Assembly: GCA_035625915.1 (NCBI GenBank) | Contig: DASPOR010000039.1 | Location: 24,983-88,982, forward strand | Direction of reading: 5' to 3' | DNA length: 64,000 bases | DNA from: Alphaproteobacteria bacterium | GTDB taxonomy: Bacteria; Pseudomonadota; Alphaproteobacteria; JACZXZ01 | Part shown: positions 16,149 through 26,077 of the stretch, piece by piece | Numbering within the stretch: position 1 is the stretch's first letter | Layout: each line of letters starts with the position of its first letter | Translations under genes and position numbers: made by a program | The notes under the pieces: generated by a model | Told to the model about the DNA's origin: nothing | Database searches by the model: none | Seen by the model: the letters and a program-made list of their open reading frames with translations, nothing else

Positions 16149-17051
16149 TCAGCGCTTCAGCCGGGGGTCGAGGGCGTCGCGCAGCCCATCCCCCATGAGG
16201 TTGAAGGCCAACACCGTGATCAAGATCGCAAGGCCGGGAAGCGTGACCACCCACCAGGCGCGCAAAACGAATTCCCGCGCATCGGCAAGCATCGTACCCC
16301 ACTCGGGGGTGGGCGCCTGCGCGCCGAGGCCGAGAAAGCCGAGGGCTGCCGCATCCAGGATGCCCGTCGAGAAACTCAAGCTCGCCTGGACGATGAGGGG
16401 TGCAAGACAGTTCGGCAAGATCGTCAGGAACATGAGCCGCGCCGTCGAAGCGCCGTTCACACGCGACGCCGTCACATAATCCTTGGCAAGCTCGCCGATC
16501 ACGGCCGCCCGTGTCACACGGACGAAATAAGGCAGATACACGATCCCAACGGAAATCACCGCATTGATGATGCCGGGGCCGAGGATCGCCACGATGACGA
16601 TCGCGAGCAGCAGGCCGGGCATGGTCAACACAATGTCCATGAAGCGCATGATCATGATTTCGGTCGCGCCTCGGAAGAATCCGGCGATAAGGCCAACGAC
16701 CACGCCGCTGACCAGCGATATCGTGACGACGACACTACCGATAAGCAGCGAGTAACGCGTTCCATGGATGAGCCGCGAGAGCATGTCCCGGCCGATCGCG
16801 TCGGTGCCGAGGAGATAAGTGGCCGATCCGCCATCCTCCCAAAACGGGGGCCGCAGGAAGGCATCGTCATGGATCGCGGTGGGCGAGTGAGGCGAAATCG
16901 CGTCCGCAAATATCGCCAACAAGATGATAATGCCGATTATAATCAGCCCGGCGACAGCACCGGCATTGGCGCGGAAATACCGCCACGTCTCCAGAATGGG
17001 TCCGGGCGGGGCGGGAGCGGTTGGCGCAAGGCGTTCGGTGTCGGTCGTCAT
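16149..17051 (-). CDS. dppC: Dipeptide ABC transporter permease DppC
   Basis: BPD_transp_1 permease with six TM segments. Order matches the dppABCDF operon. Confidence 0.85.
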   Translation of the reverse strand: MTTDTERLAPTAPAPPGPILETWRYFRANAGAVAGLIIIGIIILLAIFADAISPHSPTAIHDDAFLRPPFWEDGGSATYLLGTDAIGRDMLSRLIHGTRYSLLIGSVVVTISLVSGVVVGLIAGFFRGATEIMIMRFMDIVLTMPGLLLAIVIVAILGPGIINAVISVGIVYLPYFVRVTRAAVIGELAKDYVTASRVNGASTARLMFLTILPNCLAPLIVQASLSFSTGILDAAALGFLGLGAQAPTPEWGTMLADAREFVLRAWWVVTLPGLAILITVLAFNLMGDGLRDALDPRLKR

Positions 17052-17057
17052 TTCAGT

Positions 17058-18068
17058 TCACCGGGTATGCCGGATGCGCGGATTGATGAAGCCATAGAGC
17101 ACGTCGACGGTCAGGTTTACGAACATCACGACCGTGCCGATCAGCATGACCCCCCCTTGGAGTACGGGGTAGTCGCGGCGATTGATCGCCTCGACGAGCC
17201 ATTTTCCCACGCCGGGCCAGGAGAAAATCGTCTCGGTCAGGATGGCTCCCGCGAAAAGCGAGCCGATATAAAGTCCGATCACCGTGATCACGGGAATCAG
17301 TGCATTCCGCAAGGCGTGGATGCATATCACCAAGACGGGCGCCAATCCCTTGGCGCGGGCGGTGCGTATATAGTCCTCGCCGAGCACCTCGAGCATCGAG
17401 GAGCGCGTCATGCGCGCGATCACTGCAAGCGGAATAGTGCCGAGGACGATCATCGGCAAGATCAGGTGGCTAAGTGCCGACCTAAAAGCACCCTCGTCGT
17501 CCGAAAACAAGCTGTCGATCAAAAGGAACCCGGTCACGGGTTCGACATCGTACTCAGCGCCGATGCGACCCGAGACGGGCGTCCACTCGAGCGTGTTCGA
17601 GAAAAAGATGATGAGCAGCAGGCCCCACCAGAAGATCGGCATCGAATAGCCGGTCAGGGAAACTCCCATGACGCCGTGATCGAAGATCGAGTTGCGCCGT
17701 ACGGCGGCAATGATGCCGGCGGGCAATCCAAGGAGAATAGCGAACAGCATCGCCGAGACCGAAAGCTCGATCGTGGCCGGAAAAAGCTCCTTGAATTCTT
17801 CGACCACCGGCGCGTGCGTGATGAGGGATAGCCCGAGATCGCCCGACAGCACGTGCTCGATATAGACCAAGTACTGGACATAAAGCGGACGGTCGAGCCC
17901 GTAGTCATGGAGGAGTTCGGCATGCCGCGCGGGCGGAAGGCCGCGCTCTCCCGACATCGCTTCGATCGGATCGCCCGGCACCGAATGGACCAGCAAAAAC
18001 GCAAGCAGCGTTATTCCGATGAAGGTCGGAATTATCAGTGTTAGCCGGGTGAAAATGAAGCGGAGCAT
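17058..18068 (-). CDS. dppB: Dipeptide ABC transporter permease DppB
   Basis: N-terminus MLRFIFTRLTLIIPTFIGITLLAFLL and EAA-loop region typical of DppB/OppB. Confidence 0.85.
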   Translation of the reverse strand: MLRFIFTRLTLIIPTFIGITLLAFLLVHSVPGDPIEAMSGERGLPPARHAELLHDYGLDRPLYVQYLVYIEHVLSGDLGLSLITHAPVVEEFKELFPATIELSVSAMLFAILLGLPAGIIAAVRRNSIFDHGVMGVSLTGYSMPIFWWGLLLIIFFSNTLEWTPVSGRIGAEYDVEPVTGFLLIDSLFSDDEGAFRSALSHLILPMIVLGTIPLAVIARMTRSSMLEVLGEDYIRTARAKGLAPVLVICIHALRNALIPVITVIGLYIGSLFAGAILTETIFSWPGVGKWLVEAINRRDYPVLQGGVMLIGTVVMFVNLTVDVLYGFINPRIRHTR

Positions 18069-18146
18069 CAGCTTCTTGCGGCCGGCCGGCGGAGCAGCAC
18101 GAGGTCGCTCCGCCGGTTCGGGTCCTGCGTCACAGGATCATGACAG

Positions 18147-19745
18147 CTACTTGAGGCTCACCTCAGAGAAGTCGTGGTAGCCGAGCGGGCTCAACTTGAA
18201 GCCCTCGACATTCTTCGTCGTGGCGGCGGTCTGCACGCCGTGCGCGATGGTGTACCACGGTGCTTCCTCTTTGAAGATCACTTGAGCTTGTTTATAAAGC
18301 TCCGTGCGCTTCTTGATATCGGACGTTTGCTGCGCCTGGACGACGAGATCGTCGAAGGGCTTGTAGCACCAGCGGGCGGCGTTGCCTCCGCCGACGGGTG
18401 CTGCAGCGCAACCGAGAAGGGTATAGAGGAAGTTATCCGGATCGCCATTGTCGCCGGTCCATCCGAATTGCGCCATCATGGCTTCGCCCGCCTGGAGCCT
18501 CTTGCGGTACTCGCCCCATTCGTAAGTGACGAGCTTGGCCGTGACGCCCACTTTGGCGAGATCGGCCTGCATCAACTCGGCGATGCGCTTGGCGTTCGGA
18601 TTGTAGGGGCGCTGAACAGGCATATACCATAGATCCGACTCGAAGCCGTTCGGATAGCCTGCGTCGGCGAGCATCTTTTTCGCCTGGGCCGGATCGTAGG
18701 GATAGTCTTTGACCGCGTCGTTGTAGGACCACATGGAGGGCGGAATCGGGTTCTTCGCCGGTATGCCGGTGCCGAGATAAACGGCGTCGATTATCGCCTT
18801 CTTGTTGATCGCCATGTTCAGGGCTTGGCGCACGCGTTTGTCGTCAAAGGGTTTCTTCGTCGTGTTGAAGGCAAGATAGGCGATGTTGAGGCCGGCTTGC
18901 TCGTAGACCGTCAGCTTCGGGTCGCTCTTCATCGCGGGAATATCGGCCGGTGCGGGATATGGCATCACGTTGCACTCGCCCGACTTGAGTTTGGCGAAGC
19001 GCACTGATGCGTCCGGCGTGATCGCGAAAACGAGCCCGTCGATCTTCGGTTTGCCGCGCCAAAAAGTCGGGTTCGCCTTGTAGCGAATCTGCGCGTCCTT
19101 TTGGTAGCTCTCAAGCGCGAAGGGGCCCGTGCCGACCGGCTCCTGGTCGACCGTCTCGGGCTTGCCAGCCTTCATCATGGCGTCGGCGTATTCCTTGGAG
19201 CTGATCGAGGCGAAGTCCATCGCCATGTTCGCAAGGAACGGCGCATTTGGCACGTTCAGCACGATCCGGACCGTGTTGGCGTCGACCTTCTCGATCGACT
19301 TCACGATCTTCGGCATGTCCATGTCGTTGTAGTACGTATGGTTGTCGCTCGTCACCTTGAAGTAGGGATTGTCCTTGTTCGATTGACGATCGAAGCTGAA
19401 GATCACGTCATCGGCGTCGAAGTCGCGAGTCGGCTTGAAGTTCTTCGTGGTCTGCCATTTCACGCCCTTGCGCAAATGGAACGTGTAGGTGAGGCCGTCC
19501 GGCGAGACGTCCCAGCTCTGCGCGAGCCCGGGCTCGGTCTCGGTTGTTCCCATCTTGAACTCGACGAGCCGGTTGTAGATTTGACGCGCCGAAGCATCGA
19601 ACGACGTGCCCGTCGTATTGATGGCGGGATAGAAGTTTTCCGGACTACCTTCGGAGCAATACACCAAGGTCTTGGCCTGCCCACCCGTGGCGAATGTTAC
19701 GGCAGCCGCAAGACCGAGGCCCGCCGCCAACAGATGTCGTTTCAT
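18147..19745 (-). CDS. dppA: Periplasmic dipeptide-binding protein DppA
   Basis: After signal peptide MKRHLLAAGLGLAAAVTFATGGQA the mature protein begins KTLVYCSEGSPENFYP..., nearly identical to the E. coli DppA N-terminus and collinear throughout. Start at internal ATG with GGGAGG SD. Confidence 0.9.
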   Translation of the reverse strand: MKRHLLAAGLGLAAAVTFATGGQAKTLVYCSEGSPENFYPAINTTGTSFDASARQIYNRLVEFKMGTTETEPGLAQSWDVSPDGLTYTFHLRKGVKWQTTKNFKPTRDFDADDVIFSFDRQSNKDNPYFKVTSDNHTYYNDMDMPKIVKSIEKVDANTVRIVLNVPNAPFLANMAMDFASISSKEYADAMMKAGKPETVDQEPVGTGPFALESYQKDAQIRYKANPTFWRGKPKIDGLVFAITPDASVRFAKLKSGECNVMPYPAPADIPAMKSDPKLTVYEQAGLNIAYLAFNTTKKPFDDKRVRQALNMAINKKAIIDAVYLGTGIPAKNPIPPSMWSYNDAVKDYPYDPAQAKKMLADAGYPNGFESDLWYMPVQRPYNPNAKRIAELMQADLAKVGVTAKLVTYEWGEYRKRLQAGEAMMAQFGWTGDNGDPDNFLYTLLGCAAAPVGGGNAARWCYKPFDDLVVQAQQTSDIKKRTELYKQAQVIFKEEAPWYTIAHGVQTAATTKNVEGFKLSPLGYHDFSEVSLK

Positions 19746-19815
19746 TTGTGAACCTCCCTGAGAACAGCACCCCCACTCTCGCGCCCAGTGATCGCGGCAT
19801 TCGAGTAGCGGCAGT

Positions 19816-19829
19816 CGCACAAATGTGCG
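19816..19829. promoter_or_regulatory. Perfect palindrome CGCACAaaTGTGCG about 70-85 bp upstream of dppA start (candidate operator)
   Basis: Read directly from the sequence in the divergent dppA/thioesterase promoter region. Confidence 0.3.
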
Positions 19830-19986
19830 CGTCCGAACTGCACCTGTCAACCGGACTACGAACCCCGTTTAAGGCGCAATCCGGGGGCGAGCGGCCTTGA
19901 AACTGGACGCGGCCCCGCTCTTCTCCACTGTCGCCGACCGCTATTCTCGTTTTCAGCCCGTCCACGATCGACTATCCTCGCCCGTC

Positions 19987-20493
19987 ATGCCGACGGCACT
20001 TGGATCCGGCCCCGCTCCCGCACCCCTTGATCTCCATCGCGAGACTGTTTTGCCCGAATGGGTCGACTATAACGGCCACATGAACTTGGCCTACTATTTG
20101 TTGGCGTTCGACCACGCTGCCGATCGTGTGTTCGAGTTTCTCGATCTCGGTTCGCCCTACATCAAACGCACGAATTGCTCGATTTTTGCACTCGAGACCC
20201 ATCTGACCTACGAGCGCGAGCTGAAGGCGGGCGAGCCAATTCGCTGTACGAGCCAGCTCGTCGATTTCGACGCCAAGCGCGTTCAGCTCTTCCACAACAT
20301 GTATCACGCAACCGAAGGCTATCTCGCGGCGACCAACGAAATCCTTAGCATTCACGTCGATCTCGGCACGCGCCGCTCGCGTCCCTTTTCGCCCGAGACG
20401 GCTGACACGCTCGCGCGGCTGATGGCGGAACATAGAAAACTGCCGAGGCCGCCGCAAGTTGGGCGCGCCATTCGCATCAAGCGTAGTGCGTGA
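19987..20493 (+). CDS. Hotdog-fold acyl-CoA thioesterase (4HBT-like)
   Basis: WVDYNGHMNLAYYLLAFDHA motif of 4HBT-type thioesterases. About 168 aa from the internal ATG; the ORF-finder start at 19897 is a TTG. Confidence 0.6.
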   Translation: MPTALGSGPAPAPLDLHRETVLPEWVDYNGHMNLAYYLLAFDHAADRVFEFLDLGSPYIKRTNCSIFALETHLTYERELKAGEPIRCTSQLVDFDAKRVQLFHNMYHATEGYLAATNEILSIHVDLGTRRSRPFSPETADTLARLMAEHRKLPRPPQVGRAIRIKRSA

Positions 20494-20508
20494 CTGGAAC
20501 CTGATCGG

Positions 20509-21921
20509 ATGTCGCGCAAGGAACGACGCCATAAAATGAGGCAGGAGGCGAAAAAGCATCGCCTTGCTGCGCCCTCGCCTTCTGCGGCAATGACGGAGGC
20601 CGAAGCCGCCATCTCCGTAATTCAAGAACTACAGCAGCAGGCGATGACCGCCTATCGGACGGGCCGGTTACGAGTCGCTCTCGAGGCGTGTCGCGCCATC
20701 CTGGTACGACAGCCCAACCGGGCCGACGTCCTGAGCTTCGCCGGCATGATCGCCACACAGCTCGGCCAACTCGAGGATGCGGTCGAGTATTATAGCGATG
20801 CCGTCGCCATCAAGCCCGATTTCGCCGATGCGCATTATAATCTCGCGATCGCACTCCAGCGCCTCGGTCGCCTTCCGGATGCCGTCGCCGCATATCGCCG
20901 AGCGCTCTCGGAGAAGCCGACGTTTGGGGCGGCACGCCATAATCTCGGAAGCGTGTTGCGCGATCTCGGCGACCTCGACGGCGCCATCGAATGCTTTGGC
21001 AATGCGCTTTCCCTGGGGGGAGGGGCCGAAAGCGCATTCAGCCTCGGCTCTGCGCTGCAAGCCGCCGCTCGGCCCGGAGAGGCGGTCGATGCCTTTCGTC
21101 GCGCCGTAACGCTCAAGCCGGATTGGCCGTCAGCACACAGCCATCTTATCCACGCGCTGATGAAGCATGGCGATCTTCGTGCGGCGGTCGACGAATGCGA
21201 GTCGTGGCTTGCCGTGGATCGGGCAAGTGTGGAGGCGCAAGCGCTCAAGGCCATCTTGCTCAATGAAAGCGGAGATGAGAAAGCCGCGCGCTTCATCCTC
21301 GACTTCGACCGTTTCGTTCGCGTCGTCGATTTCGAAGCACCACCCGCCTATGCGAGCCTCGCCGATTTCAACGCCGCCCTTGTGCGCGCCGTCGAATCCC
21401 ATCCCACCCTCAAGGTGCCGCCGACGGACCATCCGACTTACCATCACCCGGCATTGCAGATCACCGAGGAGCTGCTTGGAGAACCGAGCGGGCCGATGGC
21501 CGATTTCGAGCGGATGGTGTACCACGCAATCGCGGGCTATCTGGCGGCCGTGCCGCGCGAGCCGCCTCACCCGTTCCTTGTGAATTTTCCGAGGCAATGG
21601 CGATTGACCGCCTGGGCTACGCGGCTTGCAGGCGAGGGCAACCTTGTTCCGCATATTCATCACGACGGCTATCTCGGGGGTGTCTACTACCCGCTCTTGC
21701 CCAAGGTCGTCTCGGAGACAGGGCGGGGCGAAGCCGGCTGGTTCGAGCTCGGGCGTCCCCCCGCCATCCTCCACACCGAAGCGCCACCTATCGTCCGGCG
21801 CATCCAGCCGAAAGAAGGGCGTATGCTGCTCTTCCCAGGCTATTTCTTCCACAACACGGTGCCGTTCACCTCGACCGAGCGGCGCATTTCCATCGCCTGG
21901 GATTTGATCGCGCAACCGTAG
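20509..21921 (+). CDS. TPR-repeat protein with C-terminal putative 2OG-Fe(II) oxygenase domain (2OG-FeII_Oxy_5-like), function unknown
   Basis: N-terminal TPR repeats (AHYNLAIALQRLGRLPDAVAAYRRAL...). C-terminal HIHHDGYLGGVYYP ... LLFPGYFFHNTVPF resembles the PF13759 family. 15 nt downstream of the thioesterase gene. Confidence 0.6.
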   Translation: MSRKERRHKMRQEAKKHRLAAPSPSAAMTEAEAAISVIQELQQQAMTAYRTGRLRVALEACRAILVRQPNRADVLSFAGMIATQLGQLEDAVEYYSDAVAIKPDFADAHYNLAIALQRLGRLPDAVAAYRRALSEKPTFGAARHNLGSVLRDLGDLDGAIECFGNALSLGGGAESAFSLGSALQAAARPGEAVDAFRRAVTLKPDWPSAHSHLIHALMKHGDLRAAVDECESWLAVDRASVEAQALKAILLNESGDEKAARFILDFDRFVRVVDFEAPPAYASLADFNAALVRAVESHPTLKVPPTDHPTYHHPALQITEELLGEPSGPMADFERMVYHAIAGYLAAVPREPPHPFLVNFPRQWRLTAWATRLAGEGNLVPHIHHDGYLGGVYYPLLPKVVSETGRGEAGWFELGRPPAILHTEAPPIVRRIQPKEGRMLLFPGYFFHNTVPFTSTERRISIAWDLIAQP

Positions 21922-21989
21922 CGTTGGGGCTTGCCCCGCGCGCCGTCGTATCCCGCCTGGATGCTCTCCTCGGGCCTGGCCGTCACGTC

Positions 21990-22004
21990 GAACGGTGTGG
22001 GTTC
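21990..22004. promoter_or_regulatory. GAAC-N7-GTTC palindrome about 45 bp upstream of uvrD (possible SOS/regulator box), followed by TATATAAG -10-like element
   Basis: gtcGAACggtgtggGTTCc read directly. The alphaproteobacterial LexA box is usually a direct repeat, so the assignment is tentative. Confidence 0.25.
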
Positions 22005-22048
22005 CACCGCACTTTCAGCCCTGGAAAGATGCTATATAAGGGGGAGCG

Positions 22049-24379
22049 ATGGCCGATCCCCAGAACAATCCGTTCGACGACCCATTTGCGCTTCCCGAGG
22101 TCGAGTTGCCCGCGCGCAAAACCGCACCCGTGCCGCGTCCGATGGCCTATCTCGACGGCCTCAACGAGGCGCAACGCGCCGCAGTACTCGCAACGGAGGG
22201 TCCCGTGCTCGTCCTCGCGGGTGCCGGCACGGGCAAGACGCGCGTGCTTACCACGCGGCTTGCCCACATCCTCAATCAGGGCTTGGCCCGGCCGTGGGAG
22301 GTGATGGCGGTCACCTTCACGAACAAGGCCGCTCGCGAGATGAAGGCGCGCATCGAGCGGCTTTTGGGCATGCCGGTCGACAGGCTTTGGCTCGGCACGT
22401 TTCACGCACTCGGTGCGCGGATATTGCGCCGTCACGCCGAGATGATTGGCCTCAAGCCCAACTTTACGATCCTCGACACCGACGACCAGCTCCGTCTCGT
22501 CAAGCAGCTCCTCGAAGCCCAGTCGGTCGACGATAAACGCTGGCCCGCGCGCGCGGTGCTCGCGGTCTTTCAGCGTTGGAAGGATCGCGGCCTCACCCCC
22601 GATCGCGTACCCGCCGGCGACAGCGGGGAAATCGCGGGTGGACGCGTGGTCGAGCTTTACGCGCAATATCAGGAACGCCTGCGCACGCTCAACGCCTGCG
22701 ACTTCGGTGACCTCCTGCTTCACGGCCTCACGCTCCTCACGACAAGTGCGGAGGTCCTCGCGGACTACCAGGAACGGCTCAAATACCTCCTTGTCGACGA
22801 ATACCAGGACACGAACGTCGCGCAGTACCTCTGGTTGCGGCTCCTCGCGCAGAAACACAAGAACATTTGCTGCGTGGGCGACGACGACCAAAGCGTCTAT
22901 AGCTGGCGCGGCGCAGAGGTCGGGAACATCCTGCGCTTCGAGAAGGATTTTCCGGGCGCGTGCATTATCCGCCTCGAACAGAACTACCGCTCGACCGGGC
23001 ATATCCTCGCCGCCGCTTCAGGCCTCATCGCGCACAATGAAAGCCGCCTCGGCAAGACGCTATGGACCGAAGGCGAGGAGGGAACGCCGATCTCCGTCCG
23101 AGGGCTTTGGGACGGCGACGAGGAGGCGCGCGTCGTCGCCGACGAGGTCGAAGCGCTTCAGCGAAACAAGATCAGCCTCGGCGAAATCGCAATCCTGGTT
23201 CGCGCGGGCTTTCAGACCCGCGAGTTCGAGGAGCGCTTCATCGCAATCGGCGTGCCCTACCGGGTGATCGGCGGCTTGCGCTTCTACGAGCGTCAGGAAA
23301 TCCGCGATGGGATCGCCTATCTGCGCGTGATCGCCCAGCCCGACGACGACCTTGCCTTTGAGCGCATCGTCAATACGCCGCGTCGAGGGATCGGCAATTC
23401 GACGATGCAAGCCGTCCATCGTCTCGCGCGGCGCCAAGGCATTCCGATCGCGGCCGCTGCCCACCGCCTCTGCGAGACCGACGAGATCAAGCCCAAGGCG
23501 CGAGGGGCGCTCAAGGCACTGCTCGACGATTTCGATCGCTGGCGCGCACTCTCCCACGCGGCCAGCCACGTGGAGCTTGCGGAAACCGTCCTCGACGAAT
23601 CCGGCTATACGGCAATGTGGCAGGTTGACAAATCGGCCGAGGCGCCCGGCCGGCTCGAAAACCTGAAGGAACTCGTGCGCGCACTTCAGGAGTTCGAGAA
23701 TTTGGAAGGTTTCCTCGAGCATGTGAGCCTCGTCATGGAGAATGAGGGGGCGACGACCGGCGAGCAGGTCAGCCTGATGACGCTCCACGCCGCGAAGGGG
23801 CTCGAGTTCGACGCCGTATTCCTGCCCGGCTGGGAGGAGGGTCTTTTCCCCCATCAGCGAGCCCTCGATGAGGGCGGTTTGGCGGCGCTCGAGGAAGAGC
23901 GCCGGCTCGCCTATGTCGGGCTCACGCGCGCGCGCCACCGCGCCTTTATCTCCTTTGCGGCCAACCGGCGCATCCACAACCAATGGCAAAATGCGATCCC
24001 GTCGCGGTTTATCGATGAGCTGCCGCGCGACCGCGTCGAGGTATCGACCGAACCAGGCCTCTACGGCGGTTACGATGAAATCGAACGCCGGTCCCAGGAG
24101 ACGCATAGCAGCTTCGGTTATGCCGGCCGCACTGGGTCGCCCTTCGGCGGCCGCACGAACCCAGCGCCGCCTCAGCGCGCGCGCCTCATCGAGGGCGAGG
24201 TGCAGCGTCTCGACTCGGGGAGATCGCCGCCGAGCTTCGGCACCGGCCAGCGTGTTTTTCACCAGAAATTCGGTAATGGCAGCGTCGTCGCCGTCGACGG
24301 CGACAAGCTCAAGATCGTCTTCGATCATGCGGGCGAGAAGATGGTGATTGCGAGCTTCGTGGAGCCGGTTGGCGCGTGA
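22049..24379 (+). CDS. uvrD: DNA helicase II UvrD
   Basis: UvrD/Rep family motifs (GAGTGKTRVLTTR, VDEYQDTN, helicase C-terminal domain). Confidence 0.9.
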   Translation: MADPQNNPFDDPFALPEVELPARKTAPVPRPMAYLDGLNEAQRAAVLATEGPVLVLAGAGTGKTRVLTTRLAHILNQGLARPWEVMAVTFTNKAAREMKARIERLLGMPVDRLWLGTFHALGARILRRHAEMIGLKPNFTILDTDDQLRLVKQLLEAQSVDDKRWPARAVLAVFQRWKDRGLTPDRVPAGDSGEIAGGRVVELYAQYQERLRTLNACDFGDLLLHGLTLLTTSAEVLADYQERLKYLLVDEYQDTNVAQYLWLRLLAQKHKNICCVGDDDQSVYSWRGAEVGNILRFEKDFPGACIIRLEQNYRSTGHILAAASGLIAHNESRLGKTLWTEGEEGTPISVRGLWDGDEEARVVADEVEALQRNKISLGEIAILVRAGFQTREFEERFIAIGVPYRVIGGLRFYERQEIRDGIAYLRVIAQPDDDLAFERIVNTPRRGIGNSTMQAVHRLARRQGIPIAAAAHRLCETDEIKPKARGALKALLDDFDRWRALSHAASHVELAETVLDESGYTAMWQVDKSAEAPGRLENLKELVRALQEFENLEGFLEHVSLVMENEGATTGEQVSLMTLHAAKGLEFDAVFLPGWEEGLFPHQRALDEGGLAALEEERRLAYVGLTRARHRAFISFAANRRIHNQWQNAIPSRFIDELPRDRVEVSTEPGLYGGYDEIERRSQETHSSFGYAGRTGSPFGGRTNPAPPQRARLIEGEVQRLDSGRSPPSFGTGQRVFHQKFGNGSVVAVDGDKLKIVFDHAGEKMVIASFVEPVGA

Positions 24380-25251
24380 CCCCCTCCACCTGGGTGATCG
24401 CCTTCGAGGTGCCGAAGGCCGCCGGTGCGGTCTTCGCCGACGCGGTCGGTGAGCTCGCCGCAAGCCATAGTTGCTTCGAGACCGCGGACAGGTGTGGCTG
24501 GCGCTTCGAAGCCCTCGTGGGTGCGGAGCCCGAGCGGGCCGCCATTTCCGTGAAACTCGCCCTTGTGGCGGCCGCCGTCGGTGTAGCGCCGCCGGTTGTC
24601 GAGATCACGCACCTCCCGCGGCGGGATTGGCTCGCCGAGAACCGCAAGCAATTTCCGCCAACCGCGATCGGTCGGTTTTTCGTCCACGGCTCCTATTTCG
24701 ATGGATGTGCGCCCGCCGGCAGTGTTGCGATTGCACTCGACGCCGGGCTCGCCTTCGGTAGCGGCACGCACGAATCGACGCGCGGATGCCTGATGGCGCT
24801 CGACCGGCTTGCGCGCCGCCGCCGCTTCGCTCGCCCTTTCGATCTCGGCACTGGCTCCGGCATTCTCGCAATCGCGATGGCGAAGCTCTGGCGCGCTCCT
24901 GTCGTTGCGGCGGACATCGACCCGGTGGCGGTTGCGGTGGCACGCGCGAACGCTGCGCGCAACGCCGTTCCAAATCTCGTGCACGGGATCCGGAGCGACG
25001 GGGTGCGCGCACCGGTGCTCAGGCGCCGCCGGCCCTACGATCTGATCGTCGCGAACATCCTGGCCCGGCCGCTCGAGCGGTTGGCCCCGCAAGTCGCACC
25101 ATTGCTCGTCCGCCCAGGCCGATTGATCTTATCGGGATTGCTTACGGAACAGATTCCGGGTGTGGTTGCCGCTTTTCGCGCTCAAGGCTTGGCGCTTGAG
25201 CGTCGTTATCGTCTCGGCGAATGGGCGACCCTGGTCTTGAGGAAGCGTTAG
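24376..25251 (+). CDS. prmA: Ribosomal protein L11 methyltransferase PrmA
   Basis: GTG start overlapping the uvrD stop (GTGA). Motifs AFGSGTHESTRGCL and DLGTGSGILAIA are typical of PrmA. Confidence 0.85.
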   Translation: MTPSTWVIAFEVPKAAGAVFADAVGELAASHSCFETADRCGWRFEALVGAEPERAAISVKLALVAAAVGVAPPVVEITHLPRRDWLAENRKQFPPTAIGRFFVHGSYFDGCAPAGSVAIALDAGLAFGSGTHESTRGCLMALDRLARRRRFARPFDLGTGSGILAIAMAKLWRAPVVAADIDPVAVAVARANAARNAVPNLVHGIRSDGVRAPVLRRRRPYDLIVANILARPLERLAPQVAPLLVRPGRLILSGLLTEQIPGVVAAFRAQGLALERRYRLGEWATLVLRKR

Positions 25252-25838
25252 AATCTCATCTTCATGTCGACGCCCACATTGGTGCCGTCGCTGGTCACGC
25301 GGCCATCTGGGCCGATTCGCGGCCCACTTCCCTTGAGCGGTTGCGAGACGTTCGCGTCCACCGTCACGTCGCCGAGATCGACGCTCGCACCGAGGCCGGG
25401 AGCGGGGTTGAACTCCTGATCGCGCGGTGGGGACACGCGGATATCATTCGGGTTGGTGGTTCCATTGCCATCGAGCCGAAGGGTCGGCGTCACGGTGGTC
25501 TTCGGACCTGCGGGGAACTCAAGGCGGAGGTCGGCGTTCTTGCCTTGCCCCGTCGCGTCGCCGGGAAGCTTATCGGCACGCGGGGCTTGGCCTTCGGCCG
25601 TCGTACCGTCCGGTGTGTCTGGACTTGCAAACGGCGAAAGCACCGAAGGAAGCTCGATTGTTCGGGCAGTCGGGGAGGTGCCGGGCTTTGGAACCGGTAT
25701 CGGCGGATCGACTGGAAAGGCGATCCCGGCGCGCACCGCACCCGCCATCGAGCATCCAATGATCCCCGCGAGGCATATCCTGCGGAGCCATCTTGCGCGC
25801 CAGATTATCCCCTTGCCCACGTTGGCCGATATGGTCAT
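25248..25838 (-). CDS. Hypothetical Pro/Gly/Thr-rich exported protein, possible lipoprotein (lipobox IIGC), ends in ...MKMRF
   Basis: No confident homology. Putative signal/lipobox RRICLAGIIGC. Start uncertain. Confidence 0.4.
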   Translation of the reverse strand: MTISANVGKGIIWRARWLRRICLAGIIGCSMAGAVRAGIAFPVDPPIPVPKPGTSPTARTIELPSVLSPFASPDTPDGTTAEGQAPRADKLPGDATGQGKNADLRLEFPAGPKTTVTPTLRLDGNGTTNPNDIRVSPPRDQEFNPAPGLGASVDLGDVTVDANVSQPLKGSGPRIGPDGRVTSDGTNVGVDMKMRF

Positions 25839-26077
25839 TCAACGACCTGATACAAGGGGTTTTTCAGCTGTAGGAACTTTTTAGCGAGCGGTGTCCGACA
25901 AGTAACCCCGGGCTTCTCCGCTTGTCATGCCCGGAGCGCTGAAAGACCTGGTTTCCCCGGCCCAGCCGGGGCATGACGAATGAAGAAGTCTTGGGCAATC
26001 CGGTTTAGATTCTAGTGCATCGGCAGCGATTCAGCACCCTGCGCAAAATACCTCAAAACCGTCATGCAAGGGCGGGC

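Noticed and set aside
15135-17831. 898-aa plus-strand ORF, and similar long ORFs at 11633-13255, 28999-30834, 34925-36289, 36900-38687, 38132-39910, 47214-48443, 47939-49453, 62636-63928, 7294-8253 and 1928-3031
   Set aside because: All lie antisense to strongly conserved genes (dppBCD, ndvB, ligA, ftsZ, ftsA/ftsQ, ddl/murB, murF, murE, fumA, metH, ettA). They are Arg/Ala/Gly/His-rich low-complexity translations typical of stop-codon depletion in high-GC DNA, with no recognisable domains.
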